Part shown: positions 47,434-64,000 of the stretch, piece by piece
Position numbering within the stretch: the stretch's first letter is position 1
How the letters are laid out: the number at the start of each line of letters is the position of its first letter
Source of the DNA: Guillardia theta CCMP2712
Lineage: Eukaryota; Protista; Cryptophyta
DNA: 64,000 nucleotides
Assembly (NCBI RefSeq): GCF_000315625.1
Contig: NW_005434578.1
Coordinates: 87,501 to 151,500, forward strand
Reading direction: 5' to 3'
Notes under the pieces: model-generated
Database searches by the model: none
What the model saw: the letters and a program-made list of their open reading frames with translations, nothing else
Told to the model about the DNA's origin: nothing
Program-made: the position numbers and the translations under genes

Positions 47434-49695
47434 ATGACAAACCGCTCGAGCACGCAGCATGCCTTCAGGAGTCGGTCTTACCCTCTCTCAGTCAGCGTAT
47501 GGCGCCATACACGTACGACAAACTTCGCCTGCTGCTCTCCTCTCACCTCCCACCAGGTAGCGCACATCTCGCAAGACTCCAGCATGGCCAACAGTCCCAT
47601 GCGAGTCGGCGATCAGCTCGTGCATGTCAACGGCATCTCTGTACGAGCATCTGCATGCTCCAGGTGTCGCCGCTGAAGCTGCCGCAGGTCTTCGGCATGT
47701 CGTCCTCCTCCTTCAGAGCCCTGCTGGATCAGTCTCCGACCGACTGCTGCTTCACCTTCTACCGAACAAGGTGATGCTCCTGGTGTCCTCGCTGCTGGCT
47801 GCTGCCTTACTGTCTCATGGCAGTCCGGAAGAGGGAGGGAGGGAAGGGCGTGAGGAGGAAGGAGGGGGCGAGGGGGACGTAGGGAACCCCTCACTCTCAA
47901 GATTCTTCGAGGTGCATATCGTTGGTGGCTCGCAGCTGGTATCGGAGGTGAAAGAGGAGCCCAGCACAAACGAGGAGGAGGAGGAGGAGGAGGAGGAGGA
48001 GGAAGAGGAGGAGAGCTGGCAAATAGAGAAGTGATTGACATGCGTTGAGGGATTCGTTTGACGAGGAGGCAGGATCGAGGTGGCGTCAGCAACGACAGGG
48101 CCTTGCGAGTTTCGGCAACGTAGCGAGTCGCCGGTATGTAGCAGGGGCGAGAGAGAAAGACGCGATCTGACGGGTTGAAGGAGGAGGAAGCGGAGGAAGC
48201 GGAGGAAGCGGAGGAAGCGGAGGAAGCGGAGGAAGCGGAGGAAGCGGAGGAAGCGGAGGAAGCGGAGGAAGCGGAGGAAGCGGACCCACAGCAGGCGCAT
48301 GTTGATATTGGAGCCCCTCCCTCGTCTCATGCGTCGCTCTCGGAAGTCGTTTGCTCTCAACAGTCTGCATGTGCACAGGAAAGCTCTCCGTCGCATCGAC
48401 CTCCTCACCTGGTCTTGAGGAAGAGAATCTCGCCCGAGGTGCTCGCGCTGGCCATCAGGATCAGCGACATGCGGGAGATGGCGAGGAGCTCTCTGAGTGA
48501 CTCCTTCCTCACCTGGATCACCCACCTCCTCTGCCTCGCCTCCGCCTACGAGCTTTTCATGCTGACAGGCATCATCCCACTCAGAGGAGAAGGTGGGGTC
48601 GGTCGTCAGGACGCCCTTGCCGCTCTGTGCCCAGCCTGGGCCATCTGCAGTATGAACTTGATCGCGCTGCTGCTGCTATGGCGGTGGGGCCGCAAGGTTG
48701 GTCGCTTCAAGCTCTTGTATGCGATCGCGCGCAGGAGCGGGCTGTTCTTCCTCCTGCTCGCCGGCAACGTCTTCATGGCCGCCATCGAGGTCGTCGTCTA
48801 CCTCCGTCTGGCACAGGAGGGAGGAAGCGAGTGGCTGCAGGAGGACAGGAACTTTCTCCTCTGCCTGCTCTCCATCGTCGCCGCGGCCCTCTTCTGCTAC
48901 TGGACCTGTCGCTCAGCATGCGCTTTCCTTGACCAGCAGGACGGAGTGGCCACCAAACTTCGAAGGGAGCTCTACTCGCTCACATACAACATGCTAGACG
49001 TGCTGACGTCAGTGGGAGTGCTGGTGCAAGGCTTCCTGCTCTACCTCAAGGTCTCCAACTTCATCCACACTGCCTGGTCCCTCGTCTTTCTCCCTCTTCA
49101 CGTCATTCTCGCCATCAACTTTCTCTTGGTGTTCAGCAACCTCTGGCAGGGAGTCTTCAAGCTCGGGGAGGGTGTGCGGCTCTGGCTGGTGGCCTCTATC
49201 GACATCCCCTTCCTCCACATGGAGCTTATTCTCCTCCTCCTCCACGTCGACTACAGCAGCGGAGGCTTCTGGCGCTTCGACGTCACTCTCGTTCTTTCCC
49301 TGCATGCCCTCGCGCTTACGGCCCTGCTCGTCTTTGACATCATCGCCCATCGCCATGCCCCCCCTACCGCTCCTCCAGCTCTTCACTGGCTGCAGCCCCA
49401 GCTCAAGTCTTTGCGGGTCGTGGCGTCGTCCAGCTTCCTGCAGGCCAAGGTCTGCTGGGCCTCGCCGACCTCGTGGGATGGCATGAAGCCCTTCGATCAC
49501 TTCCGGCTCGAGAGACAGACAGCCAGCGCCCACGGGGCCTTCTGGTCCCTCGTGTATGAGGGCGATGAGCAGGCCGCCGTTGTTCCTTCGCTTCCTTCCG
49601 GTTCCTCCTGCAGCCTTAGGGTCTGGGCTGCGCGGAGCTCGAAGTCAGATTGGGTTTGCGGGCCCAAGACCTCCTTCACAGTGCCGATGTTATAG
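47434..49695 (+). CDS. PDZ plus acidic repeat plus multi-pass membrane region (TMEM185-like) plus fibronectin type III protein
   Basis: VAHISQDSSMANSPMRVGDQLVHVNGIS is PDZ-like. It is followed by (EEA)n, about 8 hydrophobic helices including WSLVFLPLHVIL, and an FN3-like C-terminus (VCWASP...FRLE...WSLVYEG...LPSGSSCSLRVWA). Linkage of the PDZ exons to the 48175 ORF is inferred. Confidence 0.6.
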
Positions 49696-49863
49696 AGGAG
49701 AGGAGAGGAGAGGAGAGGAGAGGAGAGGAGAGGAGAGGAGAGGAGAGGAGAGGAGAGGAGAGGAGAGGAGAGGAGAGGAGAGGAGAGGAGAGGAGAGGAG
49801 AGGAGAGGAGAGGAGAGGAGAGGAGAGGAGAGGAGAGGAGAGGAGAGGAGAGGAGAGGAGAGG
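49695..49863. repeat. (AGAGG)n pentamer microsatellite directly after the stop codon
   Basis: Visible tandem array. Confidence 0.95.
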
Positions 49864-50067
49864 CAGGCGCGAGGAGGAGGAGAGAAGCAGGAACTTCAGT
49901 TGTTTACTGCCCCTTGCTGTCATCATGAATGAATGAATAATCATGAATGAATGAATGAATGAATAAAAACCAACACAACCCCTGCGGCGTCAACTTTTGC
50001 TTTTCGGAGCCTCCGGCCACTCCACTTTCTCCCGTCCTGCATCTACCCCGTCAGCCCCTGCTCCCCC

Positions 50068-52810
50068 TTACCGCCTCCCCCTACTTGAGTTCGACTTGGA
50101 CGCATTCTTCGAACTTTGTACCCCCTGCGGCATCTTCAACATACTTGAGCAGGGCATCACGAGGGGACCTGTTCTTTCGGAGCCCCGTCGCCTTCCTCCT
50201 GCTCTAAGACGACACAGCTCTCTCCCCATGGGCGTTCCCGTCCCTGCAACTTTCGTCACCCTCCAAAGCCGGATTGACATCGCCTGGCCTTGTTGCGCGT
50301 GCTGTCATGGTCGTGTCTCCTTCTAGAAGCATCGTTCCAGGAGGTCTCTTCCCGTGCTGCATCGTGTCAAAGGCACCATGCAGCACGTTCATGACTGTCA
50401 CCTCCTCCGGAGATCTTCCTCGACAACGGGGTGGGCGTGGCTGATGCTGCTGCATAGTCTTGCCATGTCATCCCAGGATCCAGAGAATCTCCTGGCAGCT
50501 TCAAGGAGACGTTGGGAGACGCTTCGCTGTATGCCGGGGCGACTGTGTCCGGCATGGAAGGAGCTGGAGGGTTTGTGACGCCCAACGATTTCTCCAGCAA
50601 CATCAATTGATGAATGAAAGCTGCAAACACAGCAACGTCACGCAGGCATCGGGTTCTTGGGTCGAGCATCACCGCAGTTGGGCGCAGCTGCGGGATGCTT
50701 GTCGCGAATAGCTTGCAAGGTAGCGGATAGAGACCAATGGTTTGCTCGCATGATGTACGAGGCAACGATTGCGGTCGATCTGCTCTCAGTGTCAGCGAGA
50801 ACCAAGAGAAACATGCACAGAGCAGTCTACACACCGGCTGACACCGCCAGCACAATGTACGAGCACGTTGTTTCCAGGCTTGTCGAGAGCTTCTGAAATG
50901 AAAGAATAGGCACTGTCGAAGAACTAAAACGAAGCATGAGTTCAATTAAGTTTCAAAGAAATCTAAAGAAAGTGACCTGTGATACGTCGCTGGTCACCGA
51001 GTCTGCGACGAAGCAGTTGAAATATACAATCTGGTTCTCAAAGAGACGCGAGTCATCTCTTGAGACGTTTAGTATGTGAGTGATGCCAGTCCTCTGTAAA
51101 GTTTCTAAGTTTGCAGCATGCGTTTTGTTTCCTATGTACAATCCCTGAATCACCTGCACGAAGGTCTAAGGTGAGGGCAGAAGCAAAGTAAACGAACAAG
51201 GAGCAATCAAGAAAGATAAGGAAATCAAGAATCGCAAGAATGCAGAGGAAAGCACAAAGAAAGATTGCGCGTGAAGACAAGTCTACCATGGCTGGCGGGA
51301 CTTCTTGTGGCGTGTCTATGGTAACCTTCCATCTTGGCGTGGATCTTCGTTTGGTTTCAGGAAAGGCTTGTGGAAGCGATGCACCCTTGGGTGTCATAGC
51401 CCCGCTGAGTCTCGAGCCCAGCGACTCCATTGAGTCCGGTCGATCCGAATTGGAGCCGGTCGCGTCTATTACCAAACATGTCTTGAGCTCCTGGAATGCT
51501 TTAATGCCCCCAGCTATCCTTCCAACCTGTGATGGGTTTTGTCAGCAGCTCGCCTTCATGCCAGTACAGTCAAGACCTCAGGTACAAGACTGTTGTCTAC
51601 CAACTTCTGGGCAAACAAAGTCGCTGGTCCAAGGCTATCTACCATATCCCCCCTCGAGTCGTACACGACTAGACAGCTCCCAACCTGGAGTGACGATTCA
51701 GAAGAGCACAGAAAGATTCAGATGCTGAATCTTTACATGCACAGTGAGTTTCCCAGATGAAAATGCTTTTGACAACGCTCCGGGTGTGATCGCAGTCTAC
51801 CAAACACATATTACTCTGGTACAAAATTTGCGACGAAACACCGTACCAGCATAGCATCTAGAGGTTTGTTGTCGACTCCTTCAAGATCATCACCTTCTCC
51901 CCATGGAAATGAAAGTGCGCCTTCTATATGCATTCCCTGATACGATTCAAACCCTCTTACATCTACTAGCACAACCTGCAGGAGCACGGGTTCAGTCGTG
52001 ATACGTCTTCGCGTGGTGACAACAAAGACAAACGAGAGCATTGATACTAACATGCACGTAAGGAGATCGTATGGCATGCAAGACATCCGACGATGCGAGA
52101 AGGAGGACGGCGCCCTTGTCCTTCCCTGCATTCGGTCGTGCGCATGAATCCGACTGCCTTCTCGGTTCGCTGCAGCAGTTAAATATTTGACATGTCATGC
52201 CTTCAACAGGCTTGAATGAAGAAAGAATCCTTCCTCTGCACCCTGCAAACACGAAGTCCAGTCAGTCCAGAACAACATCAACTTGTCAACAGAAATATTG
52301 CTCCTGAGAACTTATGGTTGAAGTCATGGGGTTACACTACATCTCAGATCGGCCAAACAACCCACGAGATTGAAAATGAGATTGAACAAAGACCCTCGAC
52401 CATGATAGATAGATCAATGAAACACACTCGGGATTATCCATAGATAGAAGCCGGACTGCGTTCGCAAAGACAAGGGCATCAAGATCGCGATCGAATAAGC
52501 CAGGCATCGTCGAAGTTTCGACAAGCAAAGGCATTATGCAGGTACACAAAGCACTTTTTAGGATACAACTCGAGGACTATTGGATGTAGGAGAGCAGCAT
52601 GGGCCTCAGCGGCAACAGCAGCTACAAATCACACTGTGTTGCATGTCACGATAACAAGAGGGAGCAAAGAAAAGAAGGGACTAGAGTTGCGGGGGGGCTG
52701 TCTCAGATCAAACACTGGGTCAGCAGCGATGAATAGTTAACTTTTTGACGCAGAAGGAGTCAAACAGGGAGGAGGAGGAGGAGGAGGCAGGAGCTCTGGC
52801 AAGGGGCCAT
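50068..52810 (-). CDS. rhodanese plus dual-specificity phosphatase (MAP kinase phosphatase-like), multi-exon
   Basis: VVLVDVRGFESYQGMHIEGALSFP (rhodanese); VIQGLYIGNKTHAANLETLQRTGITHILNVS; VLVHCAGGVSR / STAIVASYIM (HCxxGxSRS loop); FIHQLMLLE. Start uncertain. Confidence 0.85.
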
Positions 52811-54149
52811 CGGGATCCAAGCATTCGCGCCCGAAATGGCCAGAGTCCGCATTTAGGGGTAGGGATTAAGGTGGGGTGGTGATGATTGGGGTCAGAAGGT
52901 GGGGTTGTTTATCCAGAAAGAAGGGTACATTCTTAGAGTAGAAAGTGGGGTGGTCGGATTTTTTATAGGGGTGTTCAAGAGATCAGTGATCAACTATGGT
53001 GGGGTGGCCAAAAGGCATTCCACATATGGGGTGGGTACAAAATTGAAGCTATCCGTGAGGAGATAAGGTAGGGTGGTGACTTAGTGGGGGTAGTACGGGT
53101 CTTGCAGATAGTCAGCTGGTTATAGAAAGCCATGGGGGTAGGGTTTGTGAAGCACAATGTGTGGGGTGGTGGTTCAAAAAAAACAATCAGTACCACGGGT
53201 AGTGACCCCCAAAGTGTATACCCATGAGGGGTGGGGGTGACGAACGGGATCAGTACCATACCCACGGAAACCACCGAAAAAATGAGGACAAAAATAGGCA
53301 AGTACCGGTCCTTTTCTGTCTCAACAACCTTGGGGTTCACTTGTCACTGTACAAGGGGGGCGAGAACTGGGGTGGCGTGTAGGTGCCTGCTAGAGGGTGG
53401 GGTCTCAATTTCCGGAGACAGGGGTCCATGAAAAGGGGGCAGGGGTGGAAGGTAATCTCAGCCGTCGGTTGGTTCTGGAGATTAAAGGGGTAGTTGGTTG
53501 GTAGGGTGGGTCCTTTACTATTAATATAATGAAAAAAAGTTTATCCTTGGGACCCACCCTGATGCACTACCATTCATCCCTCCGAACAGACTACCTACCC
53601 CGAGTCGATGACACACAACAATTTGACCCATGGGGTAGAGGTAACATCCGAATGAAATTTGTTCCCGGTGGGCGGGAAATGGGGGTGGGGTGGTGAGACA
53701 GGAAACTATTTTGGTTGCTGTGTGACTGCAAATAGGAAAGGAAAAATCAAAAATAGACATTTTTGTAAATTCAGATCGAAAAAGTGTACTTTCGATCTTT
53801 CCAATGCCCCCTCGTGGTTGAAAGGCAAGGAACCCCTTTTTTTTTTTGAATGCACATCTTCGTTGCGAGAAGTACCCCTACCTGGTCTGTTCCGGTTTAA
53901 AACACCGGTGTTTCCAGCCTTAAAATTTTTGAGCTGATTTTTTCTTGAAGCCTATGTTTATTGAAACTTTGGATCCATTTGTTAAATTTTGTTGGAAACT
54001 TTGGGAGGTTCACTTGAAAGTTGTGCAAATACCCTCAATGTGAGATTACTGCACAATTCGGACTTCGGAGTCTCGTGATTACTGCGGCCGTGACTCGAGA
54101 GCAAAAACAAACATTGCCAAGAAAATTTTCCGAGAAAACAAGCCGTGAC

Positions 54150-54790
54150 TCAGAGTGGCTCCACCGGCCCATTCAGACCGGCGGACCGTGACTCAGTGCG
54201 GGCCGTAGCCTCCTGGGCGGGACGGCGGGACTGGGCAACCATCCGCGGCGGCTCGGAATCGGCGCCAGTACCGTGACGGTGGGCCAGTACGGTCCGACGG
54301 TCCGATCCGATGGCATCGAGTCGGGCCCAATGGGATCATGCCGCATGGGGGACTCGGGGTCCGATCGCTGCCCGCCAGCCGCGGCGCGGCTCCCGGGGAG
54401 CGCGGCCGCCTGCCGGGGCCCGGCGCCCGGCCGCCAGGTCACTGGGGAGTCTCCCGTGCGGTGAGGGGCCCGGCGGACCGGACGGTCGGAGTACGCCCCG
54501 CGGGGGGCGGCAGTCACTGCCGTGATGGTCAGTGCGCCCCGCGCCGCGCGGCCCGGCCCCCGCGCACTGGCCGCAAGTCCGATCCGACCGGGTGAGCGGC
54601 ACTGCACCCGGCGAGCCGGGGGCCCGGCCGGGCGGCCCCGCCACCGGTCACGGCCGCCGCAGTCCGGCCCCCCTCCCGACCGTGATCGGATCGGACTCAC
54701 TGACAGTGAGGAGGCCGGGCTCCGAGTCAGGCGGCCGGCGGGCCCACGCGGCGGCGACCCGGTGTGAGTCAGCTGCGGCCACTGAGTTCA
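54150..54790. repeat. GC-rich palindromic-word island 5
   Basis: Same word set as the other islands; preceded by a G-rich arm (52850-53520) and an AT-rich spacer. Confidence 0.75.
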
Positions 54791-54908
54791 GTGCATCCTG
54801 GCAAGTCAAGACCTGCTAGAGAAGGGTTTAAATGTGAGCTTCTGCCTCTCATTTATCGCTTAATGATGTGACTGAGGTGAACTTGCTTTTACTGGCGATG
54901 CTCCAGGC

Positions 54909-56967
54909 ATGGCAGACGCCGGCGCAGCTCCAGGTTCGGGTGTTATTGCAGCCGTAATGGCTCATCGAGTAGGACAGGATATGAACAGATGCTTGTGCAT
55001 GCTGCTGCTGCACTGAGCCTGCCTGGGTCTACCTGACCTCTCAAGAGGAGGAGACGCTTCATCCCAGTTGCGCCCTTGCACGACGCATTGACATAAGTGG
55101 ATTGCCGCTTTTCCTGCCTGCCAAGAGAGCACCTTCAACGCTGTCTTGAGGACTGCGCAACCTCTGCTACAAAACAGGAACGATGTTCTCTGCTCGCTCC
55201 GTTGCTTGCACTTGCCTGTTGTTGCAGCTCGGGTCTGGAGTGATCCTCCCGGGGTTCAAACCCACGGGCACCAAGTTTGACATTGGGACCGGTGACCTTG
55301 GAGATGAGAAGTTCAGAGACAAGGAGACGCTACATAGAGTCTCGAATGGTGAGTAGAGCAACATGCCCCTGCCCTCTCTGTACTTCTATGCGCCTGAAAC
55401 ATGTACAGTGCCTGGCGACTTCGACGACCTGGATGAAGCAGTAGATCACATCCGGCTCATGGTTCGCAACTCGGTCACATCACAGCGAACATTGATCAAT
55501 CTTGGACCCGGGAGCCATCTGATCAAGAAGAAGGTCAGGGATTCACCCCTGCAAATTCTTGCAGTGTTTTGATTTTCCCCGCACAGTACAAGGAGGTGGC
55601 GATTCAAAACAAGATCTGGCCGTATTTCAGGGTCCACACCCCAATCTTTCTGGATGGAAAGAGAACAAGGTCCACTGCAAGCTGTCGATGCCTCCAACTT
55701 TACCCTTCACAGCTTGCTCTGAGATTTTCCTTGACCAATCTATGTTTCACAATCTATGTTTCAACTCATCGTCTGTATTATTGCTGAATAGCATTCAGCT
55801 CCACCACCAATATCTTCATAGTCAACTCTATCATCATTATCTGTATCATCTCTAAGCATTGAAACGTTGCTCACAATCACTGTATCTCTTCATCTTCACT
55901 CTGATACCATCCCGCCTTGTGGTGCCCTCACGATCATCACAGGGCCCTGGTGCCAGACGATGGAGCAGAACCTGTTCAAAGCAGTGAGAAGCCGGTGGCG
56001 TACCTTCCCAAACGAGATCCGCGATTCGTCAACATTACAAACTCACTCCAGGTCCGTTGAAGACGATTAGAGCGCTACTTAGAGTGGCAGTGTAAGATGG
56101 GCAGAGGAGGGGAAGTAGAGGTTGATTAAAGCAGCTGATTCAGAATGAAAGTGCACGGGAGGGAGGGAGCAGGAGACGAGAAGTTAGTAGGGAAGAACGA
56201 TATGGAAGATGACATGTCCTTGGTTCAGGTCATCGGCAGTGAAGGCATGAGAACGCGGGTGTGTGGAACATGGAGGTTTCATGCTCCCGGCTGCACTGGA
56301 TGGATTCGAGAGGTGAAGAGGAGAATGTGTTGAAGGAGAAGGAAGAGAGGCGAGGAGTGCAGGAGAGAAGTAGAGGAGGGTAAATGATGAAGACGATAAG
56401 GAGGGAAAGGGGGAGGGAGATAGTGGCAAGTAGGGAGCAGGGATTCGTGGCAGGAAAGCAATGAACAAGGTCTGCAGTTGGTCCTTGTCAACCAGGAGGA
56501 CATGGTCATCAGCATCAAGGTACGGGAATGGGGCTCATATAGTAGCGAGCAATGACGAGATCGCAGGATGGAGATTGGAAATTCGAAGGATGCATGTTTG
56601 CTGCTGCAGGTACCCTGCCTTGCTTCAATGTCATGTATCTGCCTGCCTTCTTCTACTTGCTTCTTCTCCTTGTTTGCCTTGTCTGTCACTGATATCCCCG
56701 GCTCCTGTTTGGACTTGTGTCCTGCTGGTTACTACTTTGCCCTTGCTCTTTTAAGATTTTCCCCTCCTCTCTCTTGTTTATTAGCTCGTTCGTCTCATAG
56801 TGCGCTTTCTTCTTGGTGATCTGCCCCTTCTATCCGCTTCTCATTGTGTTCAGGCCGGGAAATTCTTGCAGTAAATGTCTTGGAGCTGAGCGGAAGGTAG
56901 GGAATATCTTCCTCCTCCTCGACCTCCTCGACCTCCTTTTCCCCCCTCGTCCTTCTCCTCGTTCTTG

Positions 56968-56999
<32 letters not shown>

Positions 57000-57324
57000 G
57001 TCGTTCTCCTCGTCCTCGTCCTCGCCCTCTTCCAACCCCCCCCCCGGCCCTCCTTCTCCCTGTCTTCGAATGCTTTACTCCACATGCGTTTGCTGTTTCT
57101 TGCTCTCCTGTATGTCATCACGTGTCTTAAACTCACTCTTTCCTTTAGCACCATGGTATACCTGGACCAGTGTATCATCCAGACTTTGTTTCCCGGCACC
57201 CCCGACTCAACTTGGGCAGTGGTAACTTCACCATCCGCTTCCTCCTCCTTCCATCGATCCTCCCCGCTCCCTTTCTCTGTTTCGACCCTTCCCATTCCCC
57301 GCTCTTTGTCGCATAGCTGAAGGA

Positions 57325-57366
<42 letters not shown>

Positions 57367-58020
57367 CTCCTGATCCTTCTTCTAAACCATCTCTTCACTT
57401 CACTCTCTTCTCTTACACGCTCCTTGTCTTGCTCTCCTCTGCTTGCTCTCCAGTGGCCTCCCGGGTTTGCAACGCAAGGAGAACCTATGTATCCTTCTGC
57501 CTACAACCCATGCCCGCAGGTGCGAGAAGGAAGGGGAGGAGGAGTGCGAGGGTAGAGATGTTGAGAGGAGACTGCGGCCTCGGAACTTGGAACAGGAGCA
57601 TGGATTACGAGGGGAAGAGAGGCGGCCAAAGGAGTTGCGGACTGGAAGTAGAAATCAATCAGGAGGAGGGGTAAAGGGAAGGAGGAGAGGAGGATTGCTA
57701 GCAGGGAATAATCGGGAGGTGGAGGAGGAGAATGTGAAAGATTAACGAGGGGGCAGGACGGGTATGCCAACTTCGGCCTATATATTCGTGGCCCGTGCAA
57801 GTGCAACTTATTCCGCTGCAGCATGCAGGGGCTGCTGATAGGGGCAGGTGAGCGAGAGGAACGGAAGGGGGACGAGGGAGGGAGCAGAGAAGTTGAAGAG
57901 AACGACCGGGGGAGGAGAGGACAGGAAGAGTGGGGGAAGGGGAAGAGGAGGAGAAGAACAGGAGAAGGAGGTAGAGGAGGGAAGTATGAACAAAATTGCA
58001 GGCGTAAAGGATGTGAGTGA
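54909..58020 (+). CDS. multi-exon hypothetical protein, possibly pectin-lyase/parallel beta-helix type; runs into a gap
   Basis: TVPGDFDDLDEAVDHI...INLGPGSH resembles the VPxDyxTIqeAi...I.l.pG N-cap of beta-helix proteins. Later exons include VYLDQCIIQ and GLYIRGPCKCNLFRCSMQ. Confidence 0.45.
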
Positions 58021-58187
58021 AGTCACGTTTGACGAATGCGTGATTCGATGGAATCAATACGGTGAGAAAGGAGGGGAGAAGAGGGAGGGAGAAAAGGAGG
58101 AGGAGGGGGAGAGAGGAGAGAGGGGGAGGAGGGAGGATGGAGGGCGAATAGAGAGGGGGGAGGGGAAGAGGGAGGGGAGGAGGGAGC

Positions 58188-59123
58188 NNNNNNNNNNNNN
58201 NNNNNNNNNNNNNNNNNNNNNNNNNNNNNNNNNNNNNNNNNNNNNNNNNNNNNNNNNNNNNNNNNNNNNNNNNNNNNNNNNNNNNNNNNNNNNNNNNNNN
58301 NNNNNNNNNNNNNNNNNNNNNNNNNNNNNNNNNNNNNNNNNNNNNNNNNNNNNNNNNNNNNNNNNNNNNNNNNNNNNNNNNNNNNNNNNNNNNNNNNNNN
58401 NNNNNNNNNNNNNNNNNNNNNNNNNNNNNNNNNNNNNNNNNNNNNNNNNNNNNNNNNNNNNNNNNNNNNNNNNNNNNNNNNNNNNNNNNNNNNNNNNNNN
58501 NNNNNNNNNNNNNNNNNNNNNNNNNNNNNNNNNNNNNNNNNNNNNNNNNNNNNNNNNNNNNNNNNNNNNNNNNNNNNNNNNNNNNNNNNNNNNNNNNNNN
58601 NNNNNNNNNNNNNNNNNNNNNNNNNNNNNNNNNNNNNNNNNNNNNNNNNNNNNNNNNNNNNNNNNNNNNNNNNNNNNNNNNNNNNNNNNNNNNNNNNNNN
58701 NNNNNNNNNNNNNNNNNNNNNNNNNNNNNNNNNNNNNNNNNNNNNNNNNNNNNNNNNNNNNNNNNNNNNNNNNNNNNNNNNNNNNNNNNNNNNNNNNNNN
58801 NNNNNNNNNNNNNNNNNNNNNNNNNNNNNNNNNNNNNNNNNNNNNNNNNNNNNNNNNNNNNNNNNNNNNNNNNNNNNNNNNNNNNNNNNNNNNNNNNNNN
58901 NNNNNNNNNNNNNNNNNNNNNNNNNNNNNNNNNNNNNNNNNNNNNNNNNNNNNNNNNNNNNNNNNNNNNNNNNNNNNNNNNNNNNNNNNNNNNNNNNNNN
59001 NNNNNNNNNNNNNNNNNNNNNNNNNNNNNNNNNNNNNNNNNNNNNNNNNNNNNNNNNNNNNNNNNNNNNNNNNNNNNNNNNNNNNNNNNNNNNNNNNNNN
59101 NNNNNNNNNNNNNNNNNNNNNNN
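58188..59123. other. assembly gap (N run)
   Basis: Run of Ns. Further gaps of about 100 N lie near 59547-59647 and 60744-60843. Confidence 0.99.
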
Positions 59124-59162
59124 GGGAAAGTTGGTTGATGGGCATTTTGAAGAAGCATGAGT

Positions 59163-59203
<41 letters not shown>

Positions 59204-59279
59204 AGAGGACGAGGACGAGGAAGAGGACGAAAGGGATGTTCGCTAGGAAGGAGGGGATGCTATTAGCAGCTTCTATGTA

Positions 59280-63189
<3,910 letters not shown>

Positions 63190-63619
63190 GGCTGAGTATG
63201 ATCACGAAAGTTCCTGCCCAACGTGTGTCAAGTACGATAAGAGGTCGGCATGCGGTGTAATCAAAATATCAAGAAATCATGTGATTCCAACACGATGAAG
63301 AGCAGGGAGCCAGCTCACTTGCTCTGTTACATATCTACCAATCAGCTGACATCACAAAATTCGCTCTATGTGCATGTCTTTTGATGTCATGGTCCTCTCT
63401 TTCGTTTCCCATCCCATTTGCTCCCTGTGTTGAATTCCAGGTTTTGTTGTCCATTGACTCCTCCTCCTCCTCGTCATCATCATCCTCTCCCCCCTTCTCC
63501 TCCCCCCCCCCTGCTCCTGCTCCTCCTCGCCTCCTGCTCCTCCTCCTGCTCCTCCTGCTTCGGCAATGCTGCACCTCCTCATCATCCTCGTCATCCTCCT
63601 CGTAATCCTCGTCATCCAC

Positions 63620-64000
63620 CTGCTCTTCCACTTGTACCTCGATTGCATGCCAGTTGACAATCTTCCGTCAATCCCGGGGGAGCAGATGAATCGCATCGTA
63701 ACCAGGTCCATATCAACCAAGAAGATGAAGGTGGGAGAAGGCTCAGCGTCGGGCAGCAACTTTGCTGTGGTGTCATTGGGGAAAAGTTCAATCACTCTGG
63801 TAGATGAAATCAACCTAGAGTTCTCGCGGGCCATGAATCGATGTATCCTGGACAAGGCGTACTCAGACAACCTGAAGCTTCCTCTGGCTTCTCAAAACTC
63901 CATCTTGAAGAGCATGCAGCCTACTCCCCTGCTCAAGTTCACCTCGCAGACCTTCGATCGTCCCGAAGGGTACAAGTTCGAAGATGCTCGCTATCACTTC
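63620..64000 (+). CDS. N-terminal part of an axonemal dynein heavy chain (DNAH1-like), running off the window
   Basis: The open frame LLFHLYLDCMPVDNLPSIPGEQMNRIV...KKMK...LVDEINLEFSRAMNRCILDK resembles, from recall, the DNAH1/inner-arm dynein N-terminal motif YxDCMP...EvnldyaRtMNkiifD. Confidence 0.6.
   Translation, partial: MLFHLYLDCMPVDNLPSIPGEQMNRIVTRSISTKKMKVGEGSASGSNFAVVSLGKSSITLVDEINLEFSRAMNRCILDKAYSDNLKLPLASQNSILKSMQPTPLLKFTSQTFDRPEGYKFEDARYHF

Noticed and set aside
57698-59164. Long 363-486 aa ORFs
   Set aside because: Artefacts of N runs translated as X.

Overview
Eukaryotic nuclear DNA. The gene density, short 40-50 nt GT-AG introns, several PDZ proteins, AGAGG/TCTTG/GAGCA microsatellites and GC-rich palindromic islands suggest a cryptophyte alga (Guillardia/Hanusia-like); this is an inference from style, not a database match. 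About 20 genes are supported. Recognisable ones are: a Ulp1/C48-like peptidase, GTP cyclohydrolase II fused to a C-terminal degenerate DHBP-synthase domain, PX and HMG-box proteins, three PDZ proteins, an OB-fold/CCCH/methyltransferase, a membrane-anchored CxxS thioredoxin, an NADP-dependent alkenal/prostaglandin-type reductase, nucleoredoxin, an ARM protein, Gemin7, a NEK kinase, a GUP1/HHAT-type MBOAT, a GH36 raffinose synthase/SIP, a rhodanese plus dual-specificity phosphatase, UTP6 and the start of a DNAH1-like dynein. The most notable observations are (1) the reversed RibA-RibB fusion with an apparently dead RibB domain, (2) an intronless 678-aa protein built from two copies of an unrecognised ~150-aa domain, and (3) a recurring intergenic architecture of G-rich arm, AT-rich spacer, palindrome-word GC core and C-rich arm. 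No CRISPR array, tRNA, rRNA or intact transposon was seen. There are three assembly gaps near the right end. Coordinates of spliced genes were read by eye and some termini are approximate.
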